The notes under the pieces are model-generated. The model ran no database searches. It was given only the letters and a program-made list of their open reading frames with translations, and was not told the DNA's origin. A stretch of 63,949 nt of DNA, counting the filler, from Octopus bimaculoides (taxonomy: Eukaryota): assembly GCF_001194135.2 (NCBI RefSeq). It is 8 parts of 7 records of this genome, joined end to end, with 100 filler letters (N's around TTAATTAATTAA, not from the genome) between each part and the next. Parts side by side here need not be neighbours in the genome. Positions count along the whole stretch, not along the records: positions 35,804 to 47,262 come from NC_069000.1; positions 47,363 to 53,811 come from NC_068998.1; 6 more parts are not named here. The stretch is one strand, 5' to 3'. Position 1 is the stretch's first letter; every line of letters begins with the position of its first letter. Made by a program: the position numbers and the translations under genes. Positions 36,512-51,110 of the stretch are shown in pieces.

Positions 36512-37778
36512 CTATGTTCCCCCCCCCATTATCGCTTGACAACTGATACTGGTGTGTTTACGTCCCCCGTAACTTAGAGGTTCAGTAAAAAGAGACCGAT
36601 AGAATAAGTACTAGGCTTACAAAGAATATGTCCTGGGGTCGATTTGCTCGACTAAAGGCGGTGCTCCAGCATGGCCACAGTCAAATGACTGAAACAAGTA
36701 AAAGNNNNNNNNNNNNNNNNNNNNNNNNNNNNNNNNNNNNNNNNNNNNNNNNNNNNNNNNNNNNNNNNNNNNNNNNNNNNNNNNNNNNNNNNNNNNNNNN
36801 NNNNNNNNNNNNNNNNNNNNNNNNNNNNNNNNNNNNNNNNNNNNNNNNNNNNNNNNNNNNNNNNNNNNNNNNNNNNNNNNNNNNNNNNNNNNNNNNNNNN
36901 NNNNNNNNNNNNNNNNNNNNNNNNNNNNNNNNNNNNNNNNNNNNNNNNNNNNNNNNNNNNNNNNNNNNNNNNNNNNNNNNNNNNNNNNNNNNNNNNNNNN
37001 NNNNNNNNNNNNNNNNNNNNNNNNNNNNNNNNNNNNNNNNNNNNNNNAAAGAATGATGGAGAGAAAGACAAAAGAAAGAGTGAATGAATGCGTGAATGAA
37101 GAAAATCGAGCAGGCAAATTACAAGAAATGTTAGAAAAGAAGATTTAAACAAATGAAAAATAAAACAATAATATAAATAGGAAGGACGGAGTAAATAAAA
37201 AGGGAAAGAAAAATTGAACGTAAAAAACAAAAAAAAGGGGGGGGGGCTGGAGCGAATGAAAGAAAGAAAGAAAGAAAGAATGAAGGTAAAAGCGAACGTA
37301 AGAAAAAGAAAGAAAGAAACAAGTGAAGGAAGGTAGATTGGTAAAGGAAAAAAAATTCCCTTCCGACTAAAGAAAAAGAAGAGAGTAGAAAAGAAAGAGG
37401 ATAGAATGAATAAGAGAGAGAGAGAGAGAGAGAGCAAGGAAGAGAGTGACAGAAAGCGAGAGAGAGAGAGAGAGAGAGAGAGTAAATGATGCGGAGAGAT
37501 GGTAAAGGTTAGAAGAGAAGCTAGAACAAGGAATGCCAAGATTTCCCTGTAAAATGACAAAGAAAAACACCAACAGCATGTCGTTACGTTCCGTATTGAT
37601 TTTAACGTAAAATGTTCAGAAGATGGTGACTTAAGTAGTCTTTTACGTGTTCGTTTATTTATTCCTACATTCTTTATTAAACCGGGTTTTAAATGCATAC
37701 AAGAAACGAGAGGTGAGGAATAGCCGGAGATAGCTGTCTTTGTACGTACATACATACATACATGCATACATACATACA

Positions 37779-37810
<32 letters not shown>

Positions 37811-38960
37811 CATACATACATGCATACATATTCTTCCATTTGACTGCGGTCGTGCTGGAGTACTACTTTAAGGGGTTTCAGTCGAAGAAATCGACCCCAA
37901 GACTTATTCTTTGTAAGCCGTGTTGCTCTCTCACTCACTCAATAATAATTATTATTATTTCTACTCTAGGCACAAGGCTTTGAAAATTTGTGGGGGAAGG
38001 GAGCTAGTCGATTATATCGACCCCAGTGTTCAACTGGTACTTATTTCATCGACCACGGCGGAATTTAAACTCAGAACGTAAAGACTGTTTTAAGATTAAC
38101 GATACATTTTTATTCTCAGGACAAGTGAGGCCCAGCAAGTTCTTACTCGTAATTGGTCCCTGGTTATTTAATTTTCCCCTCCCTTACTTCTGTCGAATGT
38201 GGTTGCTCGACTTGCTTGGCATATCAGCCAAACCTCAAATCACACCCTATCGTCTTCACAAAGTGAGAATTTTACGCTGGATACTTGTGGCAGATTTGAA
38301 CTCCACACCCTCTATTGCCGGTAGTACAATACCTTATCTATTGATCCATTCTGCTTTTATATTTTCTGTAAAACACCTCCCCCAGTCTTTCTTGATTTAA
38401 TTCTGCATTTATTTCTTGATTTATCTTCTTTTACTTTACATTCTGTCTTACGCCATTTATATTTGTATTTCGGGAGACTCTTTATGCTAATATGGAGGCG
38501 CATAAAGCGGCGAGGTGGCAGAAACGTTAGCGCGCCTGGCGAAATGCTTAGCTGTAATTCGTCTGTCTTTACATTCTGAGTTCAAATTCCTCCGAGGTCG
38601 ACTTTGCCTTTCATCCCTTCGGGGTCGATAAATTAAACACCTGTGAAAACACTGGTGGGGGGGGGGGTCGATGTAATCGACTCATCTCCTCCCCCAACAT
38701 AGCTGCCCTTGTGGCAAAATTTAAAACCATTATTATTGTTATTATTATTAGTTAATTCGTTAACATTTAACCAATTAATTAATCGATTGTTTAGCAAATC
38801 ATTCGATTAATCAATCAATCAGTTAGATTTATCAAAGTCTTCTCGTCGCCAACCGTGACCTCATCTATGATATAGCTTCACTACTCCAGGTCTCCCAACT
38901 TTTCTCCAGGATTCCTTCTCCTCTTTCAGTTCCCTCCACTTCCTTCTTCTTCTTCTTCTT

Positions 38961-39040
<80 letters not shown>

Positions 39041-40693
39041 TACTATCCTGTTTTAAACAGTCTACATATTTTCGTTCTGTTTTTCTTCGTTTCTTCGTCA
39101 CTACCCCCACAAAATAACTACCCCCACCCCTATAGTTCTTGTAACCTATATATTCCTCTCTATATATATTATATATCTATAATGTATATAGCTGTATCTT
39201 TATATCTATATATTTCTATATCTATATCTCTCTCTATATCTCTGTACCTATATATCTTTCTATATATATATATATTATTCCTCTCTATATATATTCTGCT
39301 CCACCCGTCCATCGCCCCTGATTTGTTTTGTTACTATATTTAATTTCAAATACATCCTTTCATTTTTTTCTTTTTTTTTTTTTCTTAACCTTTCTTCTGT
39401 ATTTTCCTCCTCTTCAATCGCCTCCACCACCACCACCACCACCACCAATGTCTTCCTCCCCACCTCAGCGTCTTTATCTTCCTCCAATATTTGATATACA
39501 CTCCGCCCATCATCCACCTCCTACTTCATTACATGTCTACCTGTCTCCCCACCAACTTNNNNNNNNNNNNNNNNNNNNNNNNNNNNNNNNNNNNNNNNNN
39601 NNNNNNNNNNNNNNNNNNNNNNNNNNNNNNNNNNNNNNNNNNNNNNNNNNNNNNNNNNNNNNNNNNNNNNNNNNNNNNNNNNNNNNNNNNNNNNNNNNNN
39701 NNNNNNNNNNNNNNNNNNNNNNNNNNNNNNNNNNNNNNNNNNNNNNNNNNNNNNNNNNNNNNNNNNNNNNNNNNNNNNNNNNNNNNNNNNNNNNNNNNNN
39801 NNNNNNNNNNNNNNNNNNNNNNNNNNNNNNNNNNNNNNNNNNNNNNNNNNNNNNNNNNNNNNNNNNNNNNNNNNNNNNNNNNNNNNNNNNNNNNNNNNNN
39901 NNNNNNNNNNNNNNNNNNNNNNNNNNNNNNNNNNNNNNNNNNNNNNNNNNNNNNNNNNNNNNNNNNNNNNNNNNNNNNNNNNNNNNNNNNNNNNNNNNNN
40001 NNNNNNNNNNNNNNNNNNNNNNNNNNNNNNNNNNNNNNNNNNNNNNNNNNNNNNNNNNNNNNNNNNNNNNNNNNNNNNNNNNNNNNNNNNNNNNNNNNNN
40101 NNNNNNNNNNNNNNNNNNNNNNNNNNNNNNNNNNNNNNNNNNNNNNNNNNNNNNNNNNNNNNNNNNNNNGTGAGAGTGTTTGCGAGTGTATGTGAATGCG
40201 TGCAAGTGTGCCCGAGTGTGTGGGAGTGTTTGTGCGAGGGAGTGTATGCGAGTGTGAGGGAGTGTGTGAGACAATGTGCGAGTGTGTGTGTGTGTGCGTG
40301 CGTGCGAGAATGCGCCCATGTGTGTGTGTGTGTGTTTTTGCGCGTATGTGTACTTCATATATATTCAATGTATTATTGCATATATTTTGAGTCTTAGTTT
40401 TATATGTAAATTCTTTTTTATATATGATTTCATGTAAGTACTGGTATCGTTATATTATTGCACGTCTTTAGTGACTTTGTTTTCTCTTCGCGTGTACATG
40501 TTCTATATATATTGTATGTGTTTATGTATTTCCTATACACCTTTGTATATATGTATATTGGTTAAGTGGTGCGGACATATTGAGTTTTATAGTGTTTCCT
40601 GTGTCTTCTTAAAATATGAATTTTTCTTTCTATTTGTCATCGGCAGTAAGTAACGCTACATTAGGTTCAGGAGACTTTCATTTATTTATTAGG

Positions 40694-40771
<78 letters not shown>

Positions 40772-43297
40772 ACACACACACTCACACACACACATACACT
40801 GAAGGCAACATTTACGAACGAAAAATGTGACATATTTTGTTCAAATCAAACATCTTTCGTACACATCTACATAAATATACCTTATAGATAAGTAATATGT
40901 ATACCTTATAGATAAGTAATATGTTTATTCTCTCCCCAGCCCCCGCTTGACAGCCGAAGTTGATTTGTTTACTCTTCTCTAACTTAGCGCTTTGGCAAAA
41001 GGCTTTAAAGAACATAAGTATTGGGTGTCGATTCTTTCAACTGAACCCTTTAAGGCGGTACCACTGCATGGCTGCAGTCCAGTGACTAATGCAGGTAAAA
41101 TATGAAATATGACGAATACTGCGACGTGTAACATTGATATTTATTCTGTCGTAAACTCTTCCCACATTGTTTAGTTTGGTTAGATTACACGTTCCTTATT
41201 ACTCAGAGAGAAGAAAAAGATGGGAGAGTTGTTTAATTGGCTGACGATCCTGCATGTAATCTCGAGAACATCAAATTTGCCACTCCTCATAACAGCTTAA
41301 GTTCCCACGAATTGTGTTTCTGATTACATGTTGGCGATAGAGATTAATTTCTTTGCGTTCTAAACATTAAATCTCTTTTTAAAGACAGTCTGGTGGGGGC
41401 AAAGATTCGTAAACCAATAGAAAGGCTGGAAAGCTGCGCCTGCATCACTAGGTATGTATGTAGGCTTTTTTTTTTTTTAAACAAGTAACCGCCAGTTACG
41501 TTATCTTACATTTTGGGCAATTGCCTTCATATAGCATTGGTAGAGAACAACGTCTATGCTGCCAAAACGTTTTTGAAATCGCCCCCTGTGCCATTCCTTC
41601 GTACAAGACATATGGATTAACCATCATCTTCATCATCATCATCATCACCATCATCAGAAGCAGCAGCAACAGCAACAACAGCATCCTTCCCGTTGTAAAA
41701 AAAACATTGTGATCTAACAGTTTGTGAGGCGCTACTCTAAAGGACATCCAACGCATTTTCACCTGAATTGGCTGGAACATTTTGAGATGAAGTTTTTTCG
41801 CTCAGAGACCCAATACGCCGCCCGATCTGGAAATTAAATTCACAAATAGAAGCTATACCGACGCCTCCATACCCAAATGGTTTAGAAGCACTTAAAAGGT
41901 ATTAGATTGTTAATTTCTTGAGGCAAGCAGCTTTTGAATAAAAGTAATTGGAATGCTTAGACATAAACGTGAAAAAATGTTGAAGATATAGATAGAATAC
42001 TTCCATATTTTTTAATGTAAGGAATATTGATAGACCACTCCGATTGATCAGACCTTCTATTAAATGTAATCGCAATACATCTATTACGCTCCTTTGAGGT
42101 AAAAAAAAAAAGGGAAGTATTTGAAGCAACTATCATTATAAAAATTATCTGTTGAAGATGAACGGACGTTTCAACCAGAGTTAAAATGCAATTTCTATAC
42201 ACTGATTGCCAATAACTTTTAGGGTTTAAATATTTAAATGGTTAAAATAAGATTTTAGCGTGGAGGGAAGGCACTTAACCTGAGTTCTAGAAGTAAAATC
42301 TTCGGGCACATAAAGTAAAATTTGCAAAGATTTCTAAAATTCAATGTATCTTACGATTCCTTCCAGCTAAGCTTTGTGCTTTGACATTTCAGCGGTGGGG
42401 ACTTACTTTTCGGTGAATGATCACTATCCAATAACCATACATTAATTTGGTTGAATTTCGAAGTCGAGTAAGTGATATACATTTAAATCATAGCCAGTAG
42501 CCATAAAGTATAAATATAGTGCTAGGTTTTTAAAAGAAAATGCTACTTGTTACTTCGTGAATCATACAGTTTGTTGTAACTTCTTCAGTACTCTTCACTT
42601 TTGTAGATACGTAAGTTCGTGCCACACACTAAAATATGCAGTGAGTTTATAAAGAAGCTTACATAATTATTCTACTTTACATCTTTTTTCTCTCTCAGAG
42701 CTACTTGGTTTTTAAAACAAGCTGACCAAAATTTGTGTACTACAGAATTACTGCTGAATTTTCAGGTCTGTTTAACTCAATACATTAAGAGTTTTAATTT
42801 TGGATTGGCAATCACTGGATTAAATCATTCGTCTAAACTTTTTTGTTTTTAATTTAAAAAAATAAAAATTAGTATGCCATATTCTAAAGATAAACTGTGA
42901 CCCGTTTGTTACCGAACGTTCGGAAATCTATATCTGTAACGTACATTAAAGCTACCGGTCCTTACGTACTGGGTTCAATTTTTACCCAGTACAAACTTCC
43001 TCTTTCCGATGCCAATAAAACAGATAACTTCAATGTATGTGCGAATATATGTACACCACCCCACACACACGTGTGTGTGTGACTGTACTGGGATGGATTA
43101 CTAGACTGCACCAAGAGGTGGTAGCACTAACTAGCAAAAGTACACACACACATATGTCTGCTTGCATATCTTTGTGTGTGCATATATATACATATACATA
43201 CATACACATATATATATATATATATGTATGTATGTATATGTATATATACACACACACACACACATATATACATTCCTTATGTCTGCCTACATGTCAT

Positions 43298-43352
<55 letters not shown>

Positions 43353-45998
43353 TTTTGTTGATGAGAGTATTTAATACATGTTGTGGAATAGCTAGTTTAT
43401 TAAATTGAAAACCATTCTCACGTTTCGTGTTTCACGCCACACCGATCACCAGGAGAGAACTCGTTATAAAGAGATTTAACTCTACATGTGGTAATCAAAC
43501 GCAGTGTACACAAACATATGCACAGATACTTATTCCTGCAAATTTTTAATTCAGACATGCGCAATGAAAATTCAAGTAAAAAAAGAAACAAAAACGCCAA
43601 GTTTGAGAGATTTGATACCATATCACTCTTTAACACTTTATTTTTCATTACTTTGGAGTAATATTCTCCGATTCATTATCTTAATTATATAAGTACATTT
43701 TAATGAATAAACATCATATTCCCTAACTATATTTGTTCTTGCTCTGTTACATTATGTAACTTCAGATTGGTGACTTAGCAGTTCTCGCTGATCATATTAC
43801 TCTTACCGTATGATGTATGCCTACATCAGATTTAAACCAGCGACTGAACTCGATCGCTCGTTCTGCAAGAATTATCAGCCAAACCTTACTGAAATGAAAC
43901 TTTACTGTCGTAAATAACGAATAACGCAATAGACAACGTAGTGCTAAATATTTGCAAAACAAAAAAGACAAAGTGAGATTGACTTTGGGGCTAAGCAATA
44001 GCAACCTTCACCCATGCTACTGCCACCACCACCAACTACGTCATTCTCACCATCACCACGACTACTACTACTACTAGTACTACTACTACTACTACTACTA
44101 CTACTACAAAATTTTCCCCAGCTTACATTGTTAATTTCGTCAACTAATGCATGTATGTTTTTTAACTTCCACACTTTTTGCATAAAAATAAAATGATTAA
44201 AACAAAAAATGTGAAAATCCTTACACTTTAAGCCTTTCTCCAGCATTAATTATTACTAACTCACTGTCAGAGAATCATCGAAAAATATATTAGGACTTTT
44301 ATGAGTGTTTTTGTGGCTGGTGTTCATGGTTTGGAAATGCTAAAAATATAAGACATTAATTGGACAAATATAAATCACTAGGAACTTGGAGCCCTAATTT
44401 GGATTTATGTTCAATTTAATGCTGAGATTTAACACCTAATTTTATCTAATTTTGAAGAAAAAATGGTTCTCTTGTCCCCATTAAATTTTCTTACGAACAC
44501 TTCATTAGATTCTCTTAAGATAGATTACTTCTTTTTCGACATTTTACACTTAGACTCTTGTACTGGAAATTATACCTGTAATTGCTACAATCTACACCTT
44601 GTTAAAAAAAAGTCATACGAGAGACGAAAACAAGGGTTTCTTATAAACTTCGCTGATCTAATGAGGCATATTGGTTTCGTTCGTTTTCTCAAACATAAAA
44701 ATCATAAATAAATACACACATGTATTCACTCGTTCTTTTTCTTGCTCTCCCCTTCTTTGTAAACACATACACACTCATTGAGTTAGCCACGCGTGTATAT
44801 ATCTGTATGTGTGTTAAATAGTGTAGGAATCTAATGTATCAAGTTGATACCCTGATTTCACATAAATTAAAAAGAAAACGGACTTATGCAATCTTTAATT
44901 GTTAAGCAAAGATTTATGATCTTCTGTCTTTGGAGATCATCAGTCGAAATTCTGTGCCGTTTCTCTATTAAGACGCAATTGTACAGCCAAAAACACTGCA
45001 TTCGTTTTATTACAACATTAAAATATGAATAAAATAAAATACTACACTGTAATTGTTAAGTTTGTGTTCAGTCGAGGTGTATTATTAATACCGGAAATTT
45101 GCATACAATAAAAACGTGTTTTATATGATACCGCCAGTGTCTCAGTTAATAGTATCTCGAATGTATTTTGTACTTATTCCCCGAATAAATAAGTTTAAAA
45201 TATGTCCTTAAATAGGAGGAGAACATTGTAAATTACAAGTAAAGTCATATTATAAGCAATTGTAAAACCGAATTGGAAACATCGTAAGATTTAAATGAGA
45301 AAGTCTTATATTCTCAAAATGTAGATCTCGCAGAGAGAAATGGACGTTGAATCACTGTCTTAGTGAGAGTTTCATATAGTTTATTTCTTTCTTCGTATTA
45401 ATTTTTATAAAATGTCACATCTTAAAAGCTAAGGAACTTTATAAAGTCAGGTACAAGAAACTTAGATTTTATTTATTTCAGCCATCATTTTTACTTTTTT
45501 CTTAGCATTAAATGTCACAAGAATTTCTAAAGTACATATATTGAATATGGATTAAATTAAATCATTCGTATAAGAATTGCTTGAATTCTGCAGGGGATTA
45601 ATGCCATCCGAGATTGTTTGGAGTGCATATAAAAATATATGATTTCGTTCCTATTGTTAGTTTTTTTTCTTCTTATATATATATAAATATATGAGATTTC
45701 TTAATAATAGAATACTTACGAATGTAAGTATGATAGTTATGTAAGCATATAATATAGACATTAAGTATTATACATCATACACAAAGAGATTATAATATTA
45801 TACATTACGTAAAAAGAAATTATATATATTATACATTGTAAAAATAATATAGATTATATAAAAAGAGAAAGGATGAGAGCTGGTAATATGCTTACAGCGC
45901 TGGAACGAGTGTTTTATGATAGTTGTTTCAGTTCGACTAAACTCTTCCCTCAAAAATGGTGGCTTTGCACCTAATTAGTAACGATTATATTAAAACAG

Positions 45999-46305
45999 GG
46001 AGGCACATGGCCTGCAGGTTAGAGCAGCGGACTCGCGGTCGAGGGATCCCGGGTTCGAATCACAGACCTGGTGATGTGTGTGCTTATGAGCGAAACATCT
46101 AAGCTCCACGGGGTTCCGGCAGAAGGTAATGGCGAGCTTCTGCTGACTCTCTCACCACAACTTTCTCTCACTCTTTCCTCCTGCATCTAGCAGCTCACCT
46201 GCGACGGACCGGCGTCCCGTCCAGGTGAGAAACCTATACGCTAATGAAACCGGGAAACTGGCCCTTATGAACCAGGCATGACTCGAGAAGAAGCAAACAA
46301 CAACA
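45999..46305 (+). mobile_element. SINE family C. Other copies at 51145-51320(-) and 62139-62478(-)
   Basis: Head GGAGGC..ATGGC...GGTTAG.GCAGCGGACTCGCGGTCG with B-box GGTTCGAATC, shared by all three copies. Confidence 0.85.
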
Positions 46306-47222
46306 TATAAAAACAGTGAGCTTGCAACAGTCATAGGATTGCTGTATTTAGTTTCGTCTTGTTTTTGGTACTGAGTTCAAACTACACTTTAATTGGTTAT
46401 AAATTCATAATTAATACCTTCCTTGGAACAATTATACTTGCTTATATTTAGGAAACCAGTACTAATTACGATATATATATATATATAAACGAACTTCAAA
46501 TAAAGAGGGGTTTCAGTACCTAATAGATAGCATAGGTGGTATATCGCCACAAATAAAAATGTTGACTGTAACTTCGAAGTCTCCACCAGCAATTGACCTC
46601 GTTAGATAGACGCACACGTAAATGTTTACACGCACTCATTCACACACACACACACACACCCATACACCATCATATGTCAATGAGAGAGTATAATTGATGT
46701 ACTTATATACGCATGAACAAACTTTCTCAGACATTCGTAGGATATATATTATGCATTGGTATTAAAAAATTAAGTATATTTTTTCCCTAACCACCTGTTG
46801 TGAATAAATGCTTAGCTTTAATTATGTGATGAGATTTGCTTGAAACCTATGTAATTCTGATAGTGGGCACAGCATCTTACCTATTTTGCCGTTTAAAAAC
46901 CATTTCGTATACATGGGTACCTTTAATCCGAAGTGATGTACTTGCAATCAAGAACCCTTTTAAGAGACAGGAAATAATCTCTAGCCGATTTGATGTGAAA
47001 AATATGTAGCTAAAAAACGTCTTCACGTAGTCATTTTTCTGTCGATGTGATGTAGTTAACCTGATATTGATGATGTTGATGATGATGATGACAGAAGGCT
47101 ACAGGAAAGAGGGCAAAGACCACCATATAAAGTACGTATATGCACACATACATGTATACACATGAATATACATATATAAACGTATATCTATAAATATATA
47201 TTTATGTATGCATATGTGTGTG

Positions 47223-47262
<40 letters not shown>

Positions 47263-47362
47263 NNNNNNNNNNNNNNNNNNNNNNNNNNNNNNNNNNNNNN
47301 NNNNNNTTAATTAATTAANNNNNNNNNNNNNNNNNNNNNNNNNNNNNNNNNNNNNNNNNNNN

Positions 47363-47396
<34 letters not shown>

Positions 47397-47822
47397 GCGT
47401 GTACGTATATATCAACGTGTGCGTGTTTATATATACACGTGTGTGTATATATATATGCATGCCTGCATGTGTGTAAATGTCTGTGTAATAGCATGCTTGC
47501 ATGAGTGTACTTATTTCTGTGTATATATATATGAACGTATGTGTGTGTATATATATATATATGTGTGTGTGTGTGTGGGTGGGTGTGTATATATATTTGT
47601 GTGTGTGTGTATTTGTGGCTTTTTTGCGTGCACATAAGCATTATAAAGGAACGTTTCTCGGTTCCTACACACACTTACACACACTCACACACGCACACAC
47701 ATACTCACACAAGCACAATCCATACACACTAAGAGCAACTCTTGGAATCTATTTTCAAATGTTCCATTCTATAAAGTTCTTGCAATTAACTAGATATAAC
47801 ACATGAATACACCAATACATAC

Positions 47823-47912
<90 letters not shown>

Positions 47913-48552
47913 CACAACACACACACACACACAGCATCGTGCGAATGTTTGTATATATACGTGAGTATATATGTATATAGACACTCGAGTGTGTACATAT
48001 ATGGCTTCGTGTATGTATTTTTGTGTGCATGNNNNNNNNNNNNNNNNNNNNNNNNNNNNNNNNNNNNNNNNNNNNNATATATATATATATATATATACCT
48101 TTACTTCTCAGTAAAGTTATGTTTATATTTTCACTTTTATACATTGCTTTTACATCTTCATTTATTGAAACTAAATATCGTAATATTTAATATCGCCAAC
48201 ACTTTGATTTATAGCGTTTGAAATAATACATTAAATTTCCTTTTGGCAACGATTCTTTGTGTATATATGTGGAGTATTTAACATAAAATGTTTTTAAAAT
48301 GAAAAGAGCAATTTATCATTGTGGTAATTTAATTGAGAGATGAAACATTCGGTGCAAAACTGTATAAGAACGACAATACACAAAATAAAATATGGCCACC
48401 GCCAGTGTACTGATCACCTGATACAAAAAGTATGGCAATGAGGCTTGAAATATATCTTGTTTTATTGCTTCTACTTGATTCAGTAATTTGGCTGCGGCCA
48501 TGCTGGAGCGTCCGACTTGTAGGATTTAGCCGAACATATCGACCTCGGTACT

Positions 48553-48900
48553 TATTGTCCAAATGTTCTCTGAAAGCATCGACATCTCTCAGAAATCTGA
48601 GCTTGTTTGGTAGATTGTTGAAAAGTTGTTGGCCCTAGAAACCTAAGCTGAGCCGTTTCTCTGGTGGAGAGGAAAGGGATTTTTGGTACAATGCGGTGGC
48701 GTTCAATTCGGAGTTTGGTGTAGCTATTAGTCTTAAAATCGAGAGTTAAACCTACCAGGATCTTCCATTTGTATATCACTGCGTCTTCTCTCTTGGAAGT
48801 CCAGCCTCACTTCTTTAAGTCTATTCCAGATGTGATCGAAGCTTTACTGGGTTTGTGCACCAAACAGTTGCAGGCTTCCCGCGTGTTTGGAGGGTTAGTG
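48553..48900 (-). mobile_element. CR1/L2-group LINE ORF2 C-terminal fragment
   Basis: VIYKWKILVGL and SLGF*GQQLFNNLPNKLRFLRDVDAFREHLD match the YIIY.WKI..G and GPQLFN.LP..LR...FK..LD motifs. Confidence 0.75.
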
Positions 48901-48911
48901 ACCACCACGAT

Positions 48912-48970
<59 letters not shown>

Positions 48971-49243
48971 GGGCACAATTGGTAGAGCGTCCGCAGAAAT
49001 GCCGTGTGGCATTTCTTCCGACTGGTTACGTTCTGTGTTCTAATTCCTCCGAGGTCGACTTGGCCATTTTTTTCTTTTTTTTTCAGTCTGTTTCAGTGAC
49101 TCAACTGTTGCGCCGTGTAAGCGTTCTTTGTGTTGTGGCGTTGGACTGCTTCGTATATATGTGTGTGTATCTGTCAATATAAGTGTGTTGTGTGTCTATG
49201 TATGTGTGTATGTGGGAGGGGGGTAGACAAGCATAACACGCAG

Positions 49244-49309
<66 letters not shown>

Positions 49310-50204
49310 GCACATGCGTATTTTATATGTGTACACACACACACATACACACACAGATACGCACACACATACATACGCACAAACATATATGTATGTACGT
49401 GTTTGCCATCTGACCGACAACATACGTCTGTGTATGCATATATACATATGTGTGTGTGTTTATGTAAGTATGTATCTATGTATGTGTTTAGTGCTTATTG
49501 TTGTTTTTCCCGCCACATCGTGTTTGGTATTTTGGAGGGTAGTTCAAACAGAGGTTTCGTTGGTTATCGTTTAATATAACCAGCCAGCATTTCCAGTGTC
49601 ATGTCCCATCACAAAGACAGATCGGGTTACATCCCAACCACATAAGACTGCCATAGAAATGTCCATTAAAGGTTCAAATGACAAGCTTTAATACGAAATA
49701 AAACAGGACCAAAAATATATAACTTTCTGTTTATTTTCTTCTTTTTCTAGCTTGTCTCTCACCTTTGTCTCTACCTGTATCTATACAAGTGTATATATAT
49801 GTATATATTTATATGTGTGTGTGTGTGCGTACGTGCGTGTGTGCATATGTGTGCGTGTGTGCGCGTGTCTGTGTATGTGTGTGTGCGTTTGTGTGTACGT
49901 GTGTGTATGTGCGTGTGTGTATGTGTGTGTGCATTTATGTATGAATGATAGCATGTCTGTAACTGTCTCTCCATACATGCTTGCAATTTTTCTTTCTATC
50001 GACACACATGTGTGCATAATATAATGTGTGTGCGTAGAGCGTAATGTGTATGTGTGTCAGTGTGTGTGTGGTATAATGTGTGTGAGTGGGTGTGTGGTAT
50101 ACTGTGTGTATAGTGTAATACAATGGCGGAGGAGAGGGTGAGTATCTGTGCTACTAAGTTAATGTGGAGTTTGTGAATGTTTATAAATTATTTATCAAAA
50201 TATA

Positions 50205-51110
50205 TGAGGTCGTCAAGTATGAAATTTGTAGGAAAGAAAAAAGTGTTTGGTAATGTTTTATAAATACAAGGAATAGTTTTATCCATCAAAGTATGCACCC
50301 ATATTATCAATGCATTTTTGCCATTTCAGCGGTAGCTTGTCCAGCCCGGAACTGTAAAAGCCTGGCAATCTAGAGTCAATAAAATCATGGAAGGCCTGTT
50401 TTGCAGCATCGTCGGAATTAAATTTTTTTCCTATCAAAAAGTTATCCAAATTCTGAAAGAAGTGGTAATGAGTGGGGGGNNNNNNNNNNNNNNNNNNNNN
50501 NNNNNNNNNNNNNNNNNNNNNNNNNNNNNNNNNNNNNNNNNNNNNNNNNNNNNNNNNNNNNNNNGGGGGGGGGGGAGATCAGGTGAGTATGGTGGATGAG
50601 GGAGAACTTCCAACTCCAACTCCCGTAGTTTCGCCAATGTAATTTTTGCGTTGTGTGGTCTGGCGTTGTCTTGCAATAAAATAGGAGTGGGTCTGTTAAC
50701 TAACCTAGGCTGTTTTTTTGTAAGTTTCTGCATCATTTGGTCAAGCTGGCTGCAGTATACTTCGGCCGTGGTTGATGAACCAGGTTCAATGAAATCATAA
50801 TGAATCACACCTGCGCCAGATCACCAAACACACACCATCAGCTTCTTTTGATGAATTTTGATTTTTAGACTGTGTTCTGGTGGCTCGTCGTTGTCCAACC
50901 ATTGTGCTGAACGCTTACAGTTGTTGTATTGGATCCATTTCTCACCACATGTTACAATTCGATTTAAAACTGATTCATTTTTGTGACGAGAAAGTAGCAT
51001 AATGCAGGCTTCCAAACGTTACTGTTTCTGATTTTCATTGAGTTCCTTTGGAACCCACTTATCCAACTTTTTCACTTTACCTGTTTGAACTCGGTGAGTC
51101 AATATTGTTT
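50205..51110 (-). mobile_element. mariner (DD34D, Mos1/Hsmar-like) relic
   Basis: DKWVPKEL, RIVTCGEKWIQYNN, KKLMVCVW, ILLQDNARPH and LPHPPYSPDL motifs; TA|TGAGGTCGTCAA terminus. Confidence 0.92.

Noticed and set aside
37480-37543. Strong minus-strand acceptor followed by hydrophobic EILAFLVLASLLTFTIS
   Set aside because: No donor follows and it runs into a (CT)n tract.
36652-37938. 428-aa ORF and other long ORFs at 39328-40368 and 60101-61206
   Set aside because: They are open only because they cross N runs and low-complexity purine/pyrimidine tracts.
40868-40922. 24-bp direct duplication; also a 16-bp duplication near 12613-12653 and a 13-bp one near 35811-35836
   Set aside because: Ordinary slippage duplications.
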